This document shows positions 26,210 to 40,200 of a DNA stretch of 64,000 bases, one piece after another. Numbering within the stretch: the first letter of the stretch is position 1; every line of letters starts with the position of its first letter. The DNA is from Chiloscyllium plagiosum (lineage: Eukaryota), in assembly GCF_004010195.1 (NCBI RefSeq), contig NC_057755.1, positions 4,746,155-4,810,154 on the forward strand, in the 5' to 3' direction. The notes under the pieces are model-generated. The model worked only from the letters and a program-made list of their open reading frames with translations, was not told the origin of the DNA and searched no databases. A program made the position numbers and the translations under genes.

Positions 26210-26575
26210 AAGAACAAAAACAAAGAACAAAGAAACTTCACAGCCCAAGAACAGGCCCTTCGGCCCTCCAAGCATGTGCCAATCCAAATCTACTGTCTAA
26301 ACCTGTCGCCCAATTCCTAAGCATCTGTATCCCTCTACTCCCCACCTACTCATGCACCTATCCAGACGCATCTTCAATGTATCTACCATGCCTGCCTCTA
26401 CCACCTCTGCTGGCAACACGTTCCAGATACCCATCACCCTCGGTGTAAATATGTGCCACGTGTATCCCCCTTAAACTTTTCAACTCTCAACTTGAAAGCA
26501 TAACCTCTCGTTATTGAAGTCTTCAGCCTGGGAAAAAGTTTATCTCTATCTACCCTGTCTATACCCTTCATGATT
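26210..26575 (-). mobile_element. CR1-like LINE 3' fragment interrupting unit 1 exon 1
   Basis: Homologous to 3' end of 37213-40850 (cagcccaagaacaggcccttcggccctccaag). Confidence 0.88.
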
Positions 26576-27229
26576 CTGAGCTGCCTGAGGAGCCTTGTTC
26601 AGCTTCTGCAATTCAAGTTGCAGATGATTCCACTGCTTTTACTGAACGACGGTGGAGGGTCAGACTGACGCTTTACGGCTATGATGGCAATCAAGTAGCC
26701 TGAAATGTCCTGGAGAAAAGAAAGACAAACTACTGCAGATGCAGGGTATCTCTATTAAACAAAGGAAATATCTGATAAACCCGAAAGAGTTGGTGGTTTT
26801 TGTGTACAGAGAAACAAAAGCGAAGAGTTAGAGTCTGCCTTAACACTTCTTCGGAATTTTGCAATCTCCTAGATAGCATCAAGTGCCTTTATTTGTTATT
26901 GGAGCTGAACCCATCCGGGCAAGTGGGGAGTATTCCACCACACTCCTGACTTGTGCCTTATAAATAGTGGGTAGATTTTGCAGAGTTAGGAAGTGACTGC
27001 AGAATTCATAGCCTCTGACATACTGTTGTGGAACCAATCCTGATATGGCTACTCTAGTGTAATATTAGGTCAGTGGCAATCCTCAGGATGCTAATAATGG
27101 TGATTTACGTGATGATAGTGTCTCTTAATATCAAAAGGGGTTGGTTAGAATCTCTATTGTTGGAGATAGTAATTGCCTGACCCTTGGGTGGATCTAATGT
27201 TAATTACTACTTTTCCAGAGATCATGAGT

Positions 27230-27760
27230 CTATAAAGCAGAGGAGCAAAGTTAGCCCATTTGGCCCAACGAATCCTCTATGCCATTTGATCATGTCTGAT
27301 AAGTTTCATAAACCTACTCTTATGTCTCCTCTTTGTCCCCTTTGATTCCCTTACTCATCAAGAAATTATCACTGCCTTAATTACACTCAGTGACGGTCTC
27401 CGCAGCCTTTCTATGGTAATGAGTTCCACAGCTTCACCATCTTCTGGCTGAAGACATTACTCACATGTCAGCTCTAAAGAGTCGTCCCTTCACCGAAGGC
27501 TGTGTCCTCGGGTCCCAGTTTCTCCTCCGAGAAACGTCTTCTCCACGTGCTCTCAATCCATGTCTCAGTGCTCTGTAGGTTCCAGACTCCCCCTCATTCT
27601 TCCAAACCCCATCGAGTACAGATACACAGTCCTCAACTCCTCCTGATATCTCAAATTATTCATCCCCAGGATCATTTTTGTGAAATTCCTCTGAAACCCC
27701 TTGAAGACCAAAATATCCTTCCTTAGACCACATGCTTCAAAATCACTCACAACACCTTGA
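27230..27760 (-). mobile_element. Old CR1-like 3' fragment shared by all three GPCR units
   Basis: QRNFTKMILGMNNLRYQEELRT; homologous to 42240-42780 and 55500-56030. Confidence 0.7.
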
Positions 27761-28614
27761 GTAAGTTGTAAATGTCGACTAATAAGTATATGAAAATAAT
27801 GAGTACATGGAACTTTCATTAACAAGTTACATTTCCACATAGTCCACTATGATTTCATTGTATTGTGATTATTGCAATAATTTTCTAGCAGATGATTGCG
27901 TGGTCCTGTGTTTAATTTTATGTTTGACTAATTGTTTTCAAAGGGCAGTTATTAGAGGAAGATGTAAAATTATGTCCAACATTATCAAACGCATCAAAGC
28001 AAATTAAACCTCAAACTGGACCATCAGGTTAGTGCAACCATGTTCTGCTCATATAATTATTGATTCCACTGGATCTGTCCGTTGTGAGCTTGAACAAATA
28101 TTTTCCCAGTATGATGCCTGTAGTTATTCAATATATACCAGAATAATCTGACTTGTTGCAATTTCATCTGGTCGACCTGCATTGCGCCTCCCCAGTAAAT
28201 TGGCAGCAACATTCAGCTCTCCTATATCGATGCTGTGAGTTCCAACCAGTGGATCACACCAAGTCCCACCTGCTTCAGAGATGTGTCATGATATCTCTGA
28301 AGAGGATGATTCGGAAAATACATTGATGCTTTTAAGTACTTGGCACTGTCAATAAAGGGAAGTCAGATAAAATGGTTTTGCAGTAATTATTCAGATTTAT
28401 TGAATGGTATTGAGTTAAATCGTTTTTGTTTTTACCTGGAATACAGATAAAATTCATTTTTTGAAATTGAGCATCATCATATTGTCAAATGAATATTTTG
28501 CTGTACATGTGGACCAACAAGATATCAGATTTCGTGAGGAGGATCTTTGTTTTCCATCAATTCTGCCATTTCAGCACTTTTATACACTCTGTGTTTCCTT
28601 TCACAGCACAGGTC

Positions 28615-28962
28615 ACAGAATCATAGAAAACCCACAGTGTGGAAGCAGGCCACCGAGCCCATCGAGTTCATACCAACATTCCATAAAACAGCCAATACAG
28701 ACCCACTATCCACTACCCATGCAACGTTGCACTCCCTATTGCTTACCTACATAACATGCACATCCCTGGACAATTTAGCATGGCCAATGCACCCTAACCT
28801 GCACGTCCTTGCACTGTGGAAGGGAACAGGAGCACCCGGAGGAAACCCACGTAGACATGGCAAGAACGTGCAAACACGACACTGTCGCCCGAGGTTGTTA
28901 TCAAAACAGGGTCTCTGGCACTGTGAGGCTTCAGTGCTCACCACTGAGCCACAATGCCACCC
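28615..28962 (-). mobile_element. HE1-like SINE, diverged
   Basis: rc head gggtggcattgtggctcagtgg, core and tail. Confidence 0.8.
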
Positions 28963-29009
28963 TCAGGCAGTTGCTCAGTTTCTGAACACTGTCGTCCATT
29001 TTTCAAAGA

Positions 29010-29640
29010 AGAAAGAACAAAAAACGTAACAGCACAGGGACAGGCCTTTCGGCCCTCCAAGCCTGCGCTGATCCAATTCCTCTATCTAAACCAGCCATAG
29101 TCTTTCTAAGGATGTGTATCTCTTTGCTCTCTGCCCAATCATGTAATTGTCGAGATAAATCTAAAATGATGCTGTAGTTCTCATTCCTAAAACTTCCGCT
29201 GGGAACGCATTCGTGACACCCATCACCATCTGTGTGAAGACCATTCCACGTATATCTCCGTTAAGCTTTTCCCCTCTCACTTTGAGCATGAGACCCTGAG
29301 TAATTGAGTCCTCTACTCTGGGGAAATGTTGCCTGTTATCCACCCAATCGACACCTCTCATGGTTTCGTAAAACTCAATCAGGCTGCCCCCCCAACTTCC
29401 TTCTTCCCAATGAAAATCCTCCTGATCGACTCAAATTCTCCCCACATCTCGCACCAGACAACATTCTGATGAAACTTCTCTGCAACCTGTCTAAAGCATC
29501 CACAACCTTTTTGCAACGTGGTGACCAGCATTGTAACCAGTGTTCCAAATATCGCGGAACTAAACTCTTGTACAACTGAAACATGACCTGCCAAGTCTTG
29601 TACTCAATATCCCATCCAATGAGAAAAACAACATACCGTA
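29010..29640 (-). mobile_element. CR1-like LINE 3' fragment
   Basis: ORFs 29375-29584 (LYKSLVPRYLEHWLQCWSP) and 29161-29361. Confidence 0.85.
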
Positions 29641-30189
29641 CTCCAGCAAGTCAGCCATAAATCAAAGCTTCCATTTCTGAACGTGGTTCTGAACGCCGTC
29701 TTCTTGGACTTCTGCACTCAGCAGTTTGCAGACAGATTCCTTCTTACAATTCAAAGATCAAACTTTGCTGTATGTTAATTTTGACTAATCAAGTATTCCA
29801 CAAACCAAGATATTTTTCTGATTCCTTTGAAGTCCTTCCGCCCATATGTTGATCCACTCGAACACGTTAATTCCCACACTTCCATTATCTTCACAAACCC
29901 ACGATAATTTAAGAATCTTGATCAGGAATAAGAGCATGCGAAATCGAAGCAGAAGTCGTTTATCCTGAAGCCTGCTAGCTGTTCTATGGAATCAGGGCTT
30001 ATCTGTTGCAAGTTGTTTTTTTTGTGCTGGTTTCCCATTTCCTTTAACTGTATGATATTTCAAAAATGTAACTAACTCCTCAAATACTTTCAGTGATCTA
30101 AGTTCCAGAAATGTCTGGGCGTAGAGCTCCAGGCAGTCACTAATACCTGAGGAGCAATTCAATTTAACCATGTTCAGCAAGTTAGAGAA

Positions 30190-30915
30190 ATTGCACCAAA
30201 ATTAGTAGTGTAGTACAGTGAAGAATGTTCTCTAAGATTACAAGGGGGCCTTGATCAATTGGGCCAATAGTCCGAGGAGTGGAAGTTGGAATTTAATTCA
30301 GATAGATGTGAAGTGTTTCATTTTGTAAAATGAACAAGGGCAGGACTTACATAGTTCATGAAATTTTCCCGGGGCGTAATGTCAAACAGATAGACCTCAA
30401 TGTTCAGGTGCACAGTTATTTGAAAGCTTTGTCACAGATAGACAGGTTGGGAACTAAGGCATTTGGCTTCCTTGCCTTCATAGCTGAGGCAAATACATGT
30501 CGGAGTTGGAATGTCATGTTGCATTTGTACAGGACGTTGGTGAAGCCACTTTTGGACTATTGCGTAAAATTATGAGGGGTATAGACAAGATGAACAGCCA
30601 AGCTATTTTCCTTGGGGTTGGGGAGTCCATGATTAGAGATCATATTTAAAGGTGAAAGGAGAAACTTTTCGAAGTGACCTAAGGGGCAACGTCATCAGAC
30701 AGAGAGGGCTTCCTATGTAGAGTGAACTGCAACAGGAAGTGTTGGATGCAGGTGCAGTTATACTGAGAAGGTATTTGCACAGGTAAAGGAATAGATCAGC
30801 TTTAGAGGGGCATGGGTCATACACAGGCAAATGGGACCAAATTTAGTTTGGGGAAACTGGTTGGCAAAGGGCAAGTTGGACTGAAGTGTATGTTTCCGTG
30901 ATGCATGACTATATG
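30190..30915 (+). mobile_element. CR1-like LINE 3' fragment, internally deleted
   Basis: ORF 30330-30575 (LHLYRTLVKPLLDYCV) and HER1-type 3' UTR. Confidence 0.82.
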
Positions 30916-33900
30916 ATGGTCTGATTGAAAACCAAAATCAAATTTAAGATGACTCGCATCAGAGAAAAGTTTAATAAACTATCGATTGGATCATGGAGAT
31001 ATGTTTCATTAAAGAACACAGACCTCGACAAATAAGAAGCAACGTACATTCCTAGTATTCAACATGTTTATCGTTGAAGCTTACTTTATAGATAAAATAT
31101 TAGAGTAACTTAAACCGATCTACACTTCAATTGGAAACTATCCCTTTGGCCCCTGGAGATGACAGCCTTAAATAGTAACGAGGGACCCATGCTGCTAGTG
31201 GGATGATTGAATTGCAGTTGTAGAAGTCAGGAATATTGGAATGCAGTTAAATGGAGTACACATTTTAAAGCTGCAAGGATAGCGATAACGTTGTCTGGGA
31301 AACATCACAAGATCATGGAATACCGAGGGTCATCTATAAAGATTATCCACATTGTGAATTGGATTAGGTGCGTATGTAAGTAATTAACAATATGATTGTG
31401 CCGTAATTGCTAAAGGTTGGATAAAATGCATGTAGAAATGTTTATGTCTTTCCTTCGTTCAGTAAAGAAGCTTCTGAACCTCCAGATGTTACTTCACATC
31501 CGTGTGACATCAATTATCTCTATGAAGCTAAAAATGGAATCTGGGGTCATGTGACTTCTTTCGCCATTCCACCCAAAAGCATTTGTTTCACACCAAAAAA
31601 ATCTTACAAATGCAAGTTATCTTAAAATGAGCTTACGTATTCAAACTGAAATTTGAATTCATATTATTTCATTTATGTCATTCATGCGTGGGATATGAGC
31701 ATTATTGGCAGGGCCAGCATTTTTTGCCTGCCTCTCATTGTCATTGAGAAGGTGGTGTTGAGCTGCAATCTTGAAATGCCAAAGTCCACCTGCTGTGAGT
31801 TGATCCAGAATGCCCTGAGGGAAGGAATTCCTGGATGTTGACCCAGCGACTGTGAAGGAACAATGATATATTCCCAAGTTAGGTTGGTGAGTGGCTTGGA
31901 GGGGAACTTGTAAGGGGATGGGTTTCCCTCATATTGGCTGCTCTGTCATTCTGGGTGGAATTGTTTGCAGATGTGGAAGGTGTTGACAGTGACATTTTGG
32001 TACATTTCTGCAGTGAATCCTGTAGATAGCACACAATTCTGCGACTGAGTGTTATTGGGTGGAGGGGGTGGATAATGTTGTGAATGTAGTGTGTGTCAAG
32101 CAGGCTGCAAACGCAACTTCAAATGACAGTATTACTTTTCTGACAGAGGACCACACCTACTGAGTACAATAATGATTCTCATCTGCTACTATACACCTTC
32201 GTCTCATGGCTCTGCCGCCCTCCATTTGCAGCTCCGGCAGGTTTGTGGCAAGCATGAGTGAGAAAGCATGGACTCTAGTAAGTCACAGGCCAGTCCAATA
32301 AACTAAACCTTGTATTGGACCATTTGAGTTCCCATTCCGAAAAATTATATATTGTCCTGTTGAGACACGTGCTCAGTTTCTGATTGGGTGAAATGATGTA
32401 AAATACCTTGTTCTTATTCCCATTTGAATCTCTTGTGCTTTTCTCCATATTACCAGTTTGATAAGCATGAAAAAGTTATTAAACTGTTCGGTGAATCTGT
32501 CAGCATCACATACTTGCATTAAAACATTTCATTCATTATAATTTTCATTTCTCACTGATTGATTTAGTCTGTCTATCCATAGGTTTAAAGCGTGTCTTTC
32601 TTCATTTCTGGAGTTTGTTTGAATCCATAAATGCATTGCATCATTTTACCAAATTGGTGTGATTTAGAAGGCTAGTTTAGCTGTTGTTTTTTGCTGTAAC
32701 TCCATTCATGCAGAGGCTCATCTACGTTATTTTTAAAATAGTTAACTTAGTGGCAATTGTGCTTCTGACTCGAGGCAAGTGTGAACTCTCTCGACGCATC
32801 ACTCGCTATTTGCTGGCAATGTCAACTGCAGATCCACTTCTCGTCATCCTTAATTTCGTACTGAACCAAATAAATAATGTTTATTTCTCAGTTAATTTCT
32901 TATCCATCACTCCTGTGTGCGCTGTGAGAGTTGTTCTTTTCCATGCAGTACTGGACTGTTCAGTTTGGTTCGCAGCTGATTTCACATTTGATCAATTTGT
33001 AGTAATTTGTTGCCAGAAACTCAGATATTGCAATATGAGAACTGCATTTGTGGTCATAATAACAGTGAGTGTGGTGAGCTGTTTGTGGTCATTTACTTTG
33101 TATTTTGTATTTATTCCTTCATTTGTTATTGACAATATACCATGGTTTTGTGTCACAATACCAAACTATTACGCATCGTTATGTTGGAAGATGTATGAAT
33201 GGGCTGACAGTATAATTATGCTGTTGCTTCCACTCATATTGATTTTGGTATTTAATGCTCTGACTGTCAGGAATATTATAACATCCAACCAGATCCGCTG
33301 TCGTTTCCAGATCCATGGAAATGGGCAGAATAATACTGATTCAGGGGTGGTAAACCGGAGAAAATCCATCTTCCTGCTTTTTGCATTATTTGCAAATCTT
33401 ATACAGTTGTAGATGACCTATGTCATACGCACGTTAATATGGCAAGAAAGAAACTATAATTATGAAGGCAAGACTTTTAATGACACAATATTTATCTTTC
33501 AAGAAATTGGATTCATGCTACGGCTTCTGAATTCATGCACTAATACCTGCATTTATGCTCTAATACAAACAAAATTCAGAGAGGAGTTAATCAGTGGAAT
33601 AGAATACCCGTTTATTCGAACTGTTAAGCTATGCAAATAAGCATACACGTCTGACCTCTATTTGAAGACATTCTTGCAGTCAAAAAACAGGATCTCTTTG
33701 TTGACAGAGCTTTTGGAATTTCCCTGGCTGCACTAGCTGAAAAGAAATTCATGTTCTCAGAATTTGAACGAACCTTCCCAGTCACTCAAATTGGAAAGAA
33801 TTCGCTCTAAGAAAAGAAACGAATTGAAATTAGCATCATTTATCAAGTAGATTGTGTCTTTCTAAAGCATGTTGCTGGTCGAACGCATGAGTCATTGCTT

Positions 33901-35085
33901 TTGTATTTCATGTTAATAACTTTTCCAATTTCTAAAGTTTTGCATTTTCCGATTAATAAGTTTATGTTCTTCTGCTGAAAGGACAGTGGCAGCCTCATGT
34001 GGATATGTTCACTGATTAACAGCCATGATTACCAAATACAAAGATTAAACATAAAATTTTCCCAGATGTTGTCACTGTTGAATCTGAATTGGCCAGTATT
34101 ACTTGCGGCTGTTACCATAACACACACCATTCAGAAGTATTTTCCACAACACACCTTGAGTCTCTGGCATTAATGGGTAAAAACCACTTGACTGGTCGTT
34201 CAAATTGTTGTATACCATATCCCACAATCCATTCTTGAATCTGCCCCATTGCCGACATTTCTGAAACTTCTTCTTTGGGTGTGCCTTGCATGCTTTTTAA
34301 AAGCTGTTATAGACTGCAACTTGATTTTTCAGTTCCGATATGTAATTGTGATTTGTTTTTAACACATTTTCCTGTTTATTTTTGGCGCATTGAATGCATG
34401 GCACAGTGGATGATGACCTACTTCACCATATCAGGACAGCTCCATGAACGTTGAAACTGAACGCCAAGAATCACTGTGAAAGAAATTCTGTGGAATGACA
34501 CTAATTATGACGAAATTTCTTGACAACTGTGAACGACATCATTAACCAATCAGGATGTGCTGAAGTAAATTGATACAAAATACATGATCTCCCCCGATCA
34601 AACACGCTACAGCGCTGAAATAAACCCTTTGATGGCTGGAATGGAATTGAACGCCAAGTGGTTGACTTAATATTGTGAGCAATTTTGGTCCCATGCCCCA
34701 CGAAAGAGGTATTGGCCCTGGAGCGGGTTCAGAGGAGGTCCACGAGAATGAAAGGCTCAACATATGAGTAACGTTTGAGGACTCTCGGACCGTACTCGAT
34801 GATGGAGATCTGTGAGTGGGGCGCGCGGTCTGACTGAAACAGTCAGAATACTGAACAGTCTGTACAGAGTGGTTGTTAGGGATATGATTATATTGGCACA
34901 GAGGCGAGAACCCGAGGGCACAGCCTGAGATTAAAGGGATGATCTTTCACAACAGAGATAAGGAGAAACTTCTTTAGCCAGTGAGTAGTGAATGTGTGGA
35001 ATTAATCGCCACAGAAGCCTGTGGAGGCCAAGTCATTTAGTATATTTAAAACAGAAATACGTAAGTTGTTGTTTGCCAAGGGGAT

Positions 35086-35541
35086 TGATTCGAAATGTGT
35101 CAAGATCAGGTCATAACAGGGTAAAAACAAAGGACTGCAGACGCTGGAAACCAAATTCTGGAGTAGAGTGGTGCTGGAAAAACACAGCTGTTCAGGCAGT
35201 ATCCGAGGAGCAGTAAAATAGACTTGCTCAGTTTCCCCAATGTACCGAGCCTCAGGGCATCCTTGCCTGTAACGTATAAGAGACAATGTTGGCTGAGTCA
35301 CATGAGTACCTGCCACGTACATGGTGGGAGGTGTCCCCAAATGTAATGGTGGTATCCATGTCCACACTCTGGCACGTCTTGCAGCGCCTACCGTGACAGG
35401 GTTGTATGGAGTTTCCTGAAGAAGGGCTCATGCCCGAAACGTCGATTCTCCTGCTCCTTGGATGCTGCCTGACCTGCTGCGCTTTTCCAGCAACACATTT
35501 TCAGCTCTGATCTGCAGCATCTGCAGACCCCACTTTCTCCT
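35086..35541. mobile_element. Composite PLE insertion: minus terminal repeat + minus GIY-YIG piece + plus hammerhead terminal repeat, 10-bp TSD
   Basis: TSD ccaaggggat at 35076-35085 and 35542-35551; rc encodes RCKTCQSV and CPEARYIGETEQ. Confidence 0.88.
35413..35446 (+). ncRNA. Minimal type I hammerhead ribozyme motif
   Basis: CTGAAGA(35416-22) A GGGC tcat GCCC GAAA C GTC; predicted cleavage after C35443. Confidence 0.72.
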
Positions 35542-36750
35542 CCAAGGGGATCAAAGACTACGGGAAAACACGGGGAAATGGGTTAGAAAAACCTGTCAAC
35601 CATGATTGAATGGCAGAGCACTCGATGGGCTGATTGATGTAATTTCTACTCCTATCTCCGATGGTCTTTGGTCTTAAATGATTCCTCTCTAACAACGGAT
35701 GTGTGATGTTTGGTGGCTCATTGTAATATTGCACAGATAGTCTGTAAGAATATAAGACCATAATAAAGGAGGCCGTCCGTCTCCTTCAGCCAACTCCAAC
35801 ATTCAATAGGATCTTGTTGGATCTGACAATTCGTGGGTCCACTTTCCAAGCGATTCCCCAAAAGACTTGATTCCCCGACTGACCAATAATATGTTTCTCT
35901 CATCGTTAAACACCCAAGAGGATGCAACCCCCACAGTTTTTTTCCCCCTGCATTATGACCACTCCCCAGTTGGCAACCTACATGTGTGGCACAGTAATTA
36001 CATTGCATCGTGTTCACCTCTTGCACGACATTGTTAACCAACTGGAACCTGACTATTGCAGAACTGCTAAATCACAATTCCTGTACGAATTACAAGACAG
36101 TTCTAGCCATGAAAGATACTTTAGTGTGGACGAACGGGTCCTCATTCTTGAGGGTATCCTTAAATGGAAGCTGCTCTCAGAAAGGCAATGCTCTATCCTT
36201 TCATCAGAAAGAAAATAGCTAGAAACAATTTGTGTTTCAATCTGTGATTCCCACCTCCTGGGAAATCTGTGCTGGTCTTCTGCTGATTTCAAAGGCAATA
36301 AGGAAGGAAAAGCTTTATCTCTTTAATCTACTAAATACTAAGAAAATCTATAATGTTTAATTTTAACCAGGATTATTTACTTTTCTACTTTGTATCTAGG
36401 CATCCTTGTATGTAGGATGGCGCCGGGAATGGAGATGTTGTCCACTTTTCGCTGTACTTCTGTATTTCTGTACTTGAGTGTATGTGACAATATAATCTAA
36501 TTGTAATTCTCAGGAAAATAGCGGCATTTTATTCTTCAAAATGTATAACTGTGAAATAACCCTCAGAGGAATATTGTTACTTTGCTGCTTCTCAGATTGC
36601 AGCAATTGGTGCAGTTAGTGATCCAAACATATTTATTCTCTCACGGGGCATTTAGCTTCTCAATAAAATGAGGTTGTGTTGACGTTATCATTATTTTTCG
36701 GCAGACAGAATCGTTGTCTCTCCTCTCACAGACGACCTGACTGGGACAGA

Positions 36751-36820
36751 ATGAAATACTCAGTAATCTTACAGGCCGCACGAATTTACTACCCGATACT
36801 TGCAGCTGTTGGTATTGTTG
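36751..36820 (+). CDS. GPR139-like GPCR exon 1 (MKYSVILQAARIYYPILAAVGIV + 1 nt)
   Basis: 70-nt ORF ending G|GTAAGT donor; phase 1 matches exon 2 at 46345; encodes the start of TM1. Confidence 0.88.
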
Positions 36821-37212
36821 GTAAGTATATAAATGCAGCTATGTTTGTGTAAACCTATTTAACTCCACTCCCCCATTCTTCATTGAAATTTGATGGAGGT
36901 TGCTCGGCTTTGGTTCATTCTAACCTTTTGCATTTCTAGTGGTTTCATCCGACGTTGATTTTCACTCTTGCTTGCTTCCATCTGTGCAATCAGGTTTAGC
37001 AATAAGTATTTTACAGACTGTTAAATTGCATTACAGAGCAGGCTGAGACAGCACTAGTTTCCCATCCTGAGTTACACTTGAGAATGTAGTGGATCGCGGC
37101 GTTGTCAAACCACTGCAGACCAACTGGTGTAAGACCACCTGTATTGAGTTGTAGATTCATCCAGCATGGAAACAGATTCTTCCGTTTAACACGTCCCCAC
37201 TGACCAGATTTC

Positions 37213-40200
37213 AAAGAACAAAGGACCAAGAAAATTTACAGCCCAGGAACAGGCCCTTCGGCCCTCCAAGCCCGAGCCAATCCGAATGCACTGTCTAAAC
37301 CTGTTGGTCAATTCCTAAGCATCTGTATCCCTCTGCTCCCCACCTACTCATGCATCTGTCCAGACGCATCTTAAATTAATCTACCGTGCCTGCCACGACC
37401 ACTTCTGCTGGCAACACGTTCCAAACGCCCACCATCCTCTGTGTGAAGTACGTGTCGTGTGTATCGCCCTTAAACTTTCCACACCCCTCCTTGAAAGTGT
37501 GACCTCTCGTTATTGAATCCCTCACCCTGGGAGAAAGCTGGTCTCTATCCACCCTGTCTACACCCTTCATGAATTTGTAAACCTTCAATCTCTTTTTTTT
37601 CTCCTGAAAATAAACCTAACCTATTCAACCTCTCTTCATAGCTAGCACCTTCCATACCAGGCAACATCCTCGTAAACCTTCTCTGCACCCTCTCCAAAGC
37701 GTCCACATCCTTTTGGTAATGAGGCGACCAGAACTGTACACAGTATTCTAAATGTGGCCGAACTAATGTCCTGTACAATTTTAACATGACTTGCCAATAC
37801 TCCGTCCAATGAAGACAAGCATACTATATGCCTTCTTGACCATTCTATCCACCTGAGCAGCAACCTTCAGGGTACAATGGACCTGCACTCCCAGATCTCT
37901 CTGCCCATCAACTTTTCCCAAGGCTCTTCCGTTCATTGTATAATTCTCTCTAGAATTAGTCTTGCCTAAATGCATCACCTCATATTTGTCTGGATTGAAA
38001 TCCAGCTGCCACTTTTCCGCCCAACTCTCCAGTCTATCTATATCCTCCTGTATTCTCTCACAGTCCCTTACACTTTCTGCTACTCCACCAACCTTTGTGT
38101 CATCTGCAAACTTGCTGATCATATCAACAGTGCCCTCTTCTAGATCATGTATATATATTACAAACAACAGTGGCCCCAGCACTGACCCCTGTGGAACACC
38201 ACTGGTCATTTCGAGAAGCTCCCTTCAACCACTACTCTCTGTCTTCTGTTGCTCAACCAGTTCTTTATTGACCTAGCTACAACACCCTGCACAGCATGTG
38301 ACTTCACTTTTTTCATTAGTCTACCATGGGGAACCTTATCAAACGCCTTACTAAAGTCCATGCATATGACATCAACAGGCCTTATTTCATCTATCAACTT
38401 GGTCACTTCCTCAAAGAACTCGATTAAGTTAGTAAGGCACGATCTCCCCCGCAAAAAAAAACCATATTGCCTATCACAGATAAGCTTATTCTTTTTAAAA
38501 TATAAATAGATCCTATCTCTCAGTACCCTCTCCAGCAACTTCCCCACCACCAACGTCAGGCTCACTGGTCTGTAGTTACCCGGAACATCCTACTACCCTT
38601 TCTGTACAGAGACACAACATGAGCAACCTTCCAGTCCCCCAGCACCTCACCTGTGTTTAAGGATACCACAAAGATATCTGTCAGGGCCCCAGCTGTTTCC
38701 TCTGTCGCCTCCCTCAGCAACCTGGGAGAGATCCCATCTGGTCCTGGGGATTTTTCCACCTTAATAGCCTTTGGCATACCCAACACATCTTCCCTACTGA
38801 TGCCAACGTGATCCAAACTAATTAAACTTCAATCCCTCATCTCAAGATTCATCATGTTCCTCTCCTCAGTGAACACTGATGCAAAATAATCATTAAGAAT
38901 CCCACCCATTCTCCCAGGTTTGGCACTCAGCCTTCATTCATTATCTTTTAGTGGACAAATCCTTTCTCGAGTTACCCGCTTGCTTCTTATATAAGAATGA
39001 AATCCTTTGGGATTTTCCTTAATTTTGCTTGCTAAAGCTATTTCATGACACCTTTTAGCCGACTTGATTCCTTGTTTAAAGACTTGTCCTACTCTTCCAA
39101 TATTCCTCCAGGGTCCTTTCTGTTCTTAGCTGCCTAGACCTTATGTACGCTTCCCTTTTCCTCTTGGCTCGTCGTACAATTTCTCCTGTCATTCACGGTT
39201 CACGAATCTTGTCCTTCCTATCCTTTGCCTTCAACGGGACATCCCTGTCCTGCACTACCTTGAACCTATCTTTGAAAGCCTCCCACATCTCAAACGTGGA
39301 CTTCCCTTCAAATAGCTGTGTACAATCCACATTTCCCAGCTCCTGCCTAATTTTGATATAATTGGCCTTGGCCCAGTTTAGTACTCTTCTCTTAGGACCA
39401 CTCTCTTTTTTATCTATGAGTATTCTAAAACGTACTGATTTGTGGTCACTGTTCCCAAAGAAATCCCCCAGCGCAACGTCTAACACTTGGCCTGGCTCGT
39501 TCCCCAGTACCAGGTCCAATATGGCCCCTTCCCTCGTCGGACTATTGACATACTATTCTAGAAAACTCTCCTGGATGTTTCTTACAAGTTCTACTCCATC
39601 CAGACCTCTGACGCTGAGTGTATCCCAGTCAATGCTGGGAAAATTAAAATCTCCCATCACTCTATTGCCTCTATATCTGTTCACAATCTGTTTACCTATT
39701 TGTTCTTCTACCTCACGCTGACCGTTGGGAGGTCTGTAGTACAGCCCCAACAATGTAACTGCACCCTTTTTATTTCTCACTCCACCCATAATGCCTCACT
39801 ATCCAAGACCGCCATAGTGTCCCCCTTTAGCACAGCCGTGATATCATCCCTTGACCAGCAATGCAACTCCACCCCATCTTTTACTTCCCTCCCTGTCCTG
39901 TCTGAAGCGTCTATATCCTGGGACATTTAGTTTCCAATCATCATGCCCTTCCTTCAACCAAGTCTCTGTGATGGCAATAATGTCATACTCCAAGGCACCA
40001 ATCCAAGTCCGAAGTTCATCTGCCTTACACACTATACTCCTTGAATTAAAGTAGTTGCATTTCAGACCACCAGTTCTTTTACGCTCATCTGCTCTCTGTC
40101 TGGTCTTCCCTTTATTAATGTTATCCTCATAATTCTTACAGTCTCCAGTCTCCACCTCGCTGCCTATTTGTTTTCTCTTCTGGTTCCCAGCTCCCCTACC

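Larger units (their letters stand above)
26198..33640 (+). pseudogene. GPR139-like GPCR pseudogene (unit 1): exon 1 broken after ATGAAATA at 26198; exon 2 32742-33640 with nonsense codon
   Basis: 25820-26205 homologous to the region upstream of exon 1 at 36751 (acagaatgaaata), then CR1 tail; acceptor aaaatag|TTAAC at 32742; DQF for DRF, 6-nt deletion, TAG at 33410-33412 where the paralog has TGG. Confidence 0.88.
34700..35675 (+). mobile_element. CR1-like LINE 3' fragment hosting the PLE composite
   Basis: LALERVQRRSTRMKGSTYE..RLRTLG; RRNFFSQ..VNVWN. Confidence 0.78.

Noticed and set aside
32684..32741. N-terminal extension of ORF 32684-33412
   Set aside because: Lies upstream of the AG acceptor at 32740-32741, so it is intronic read-through
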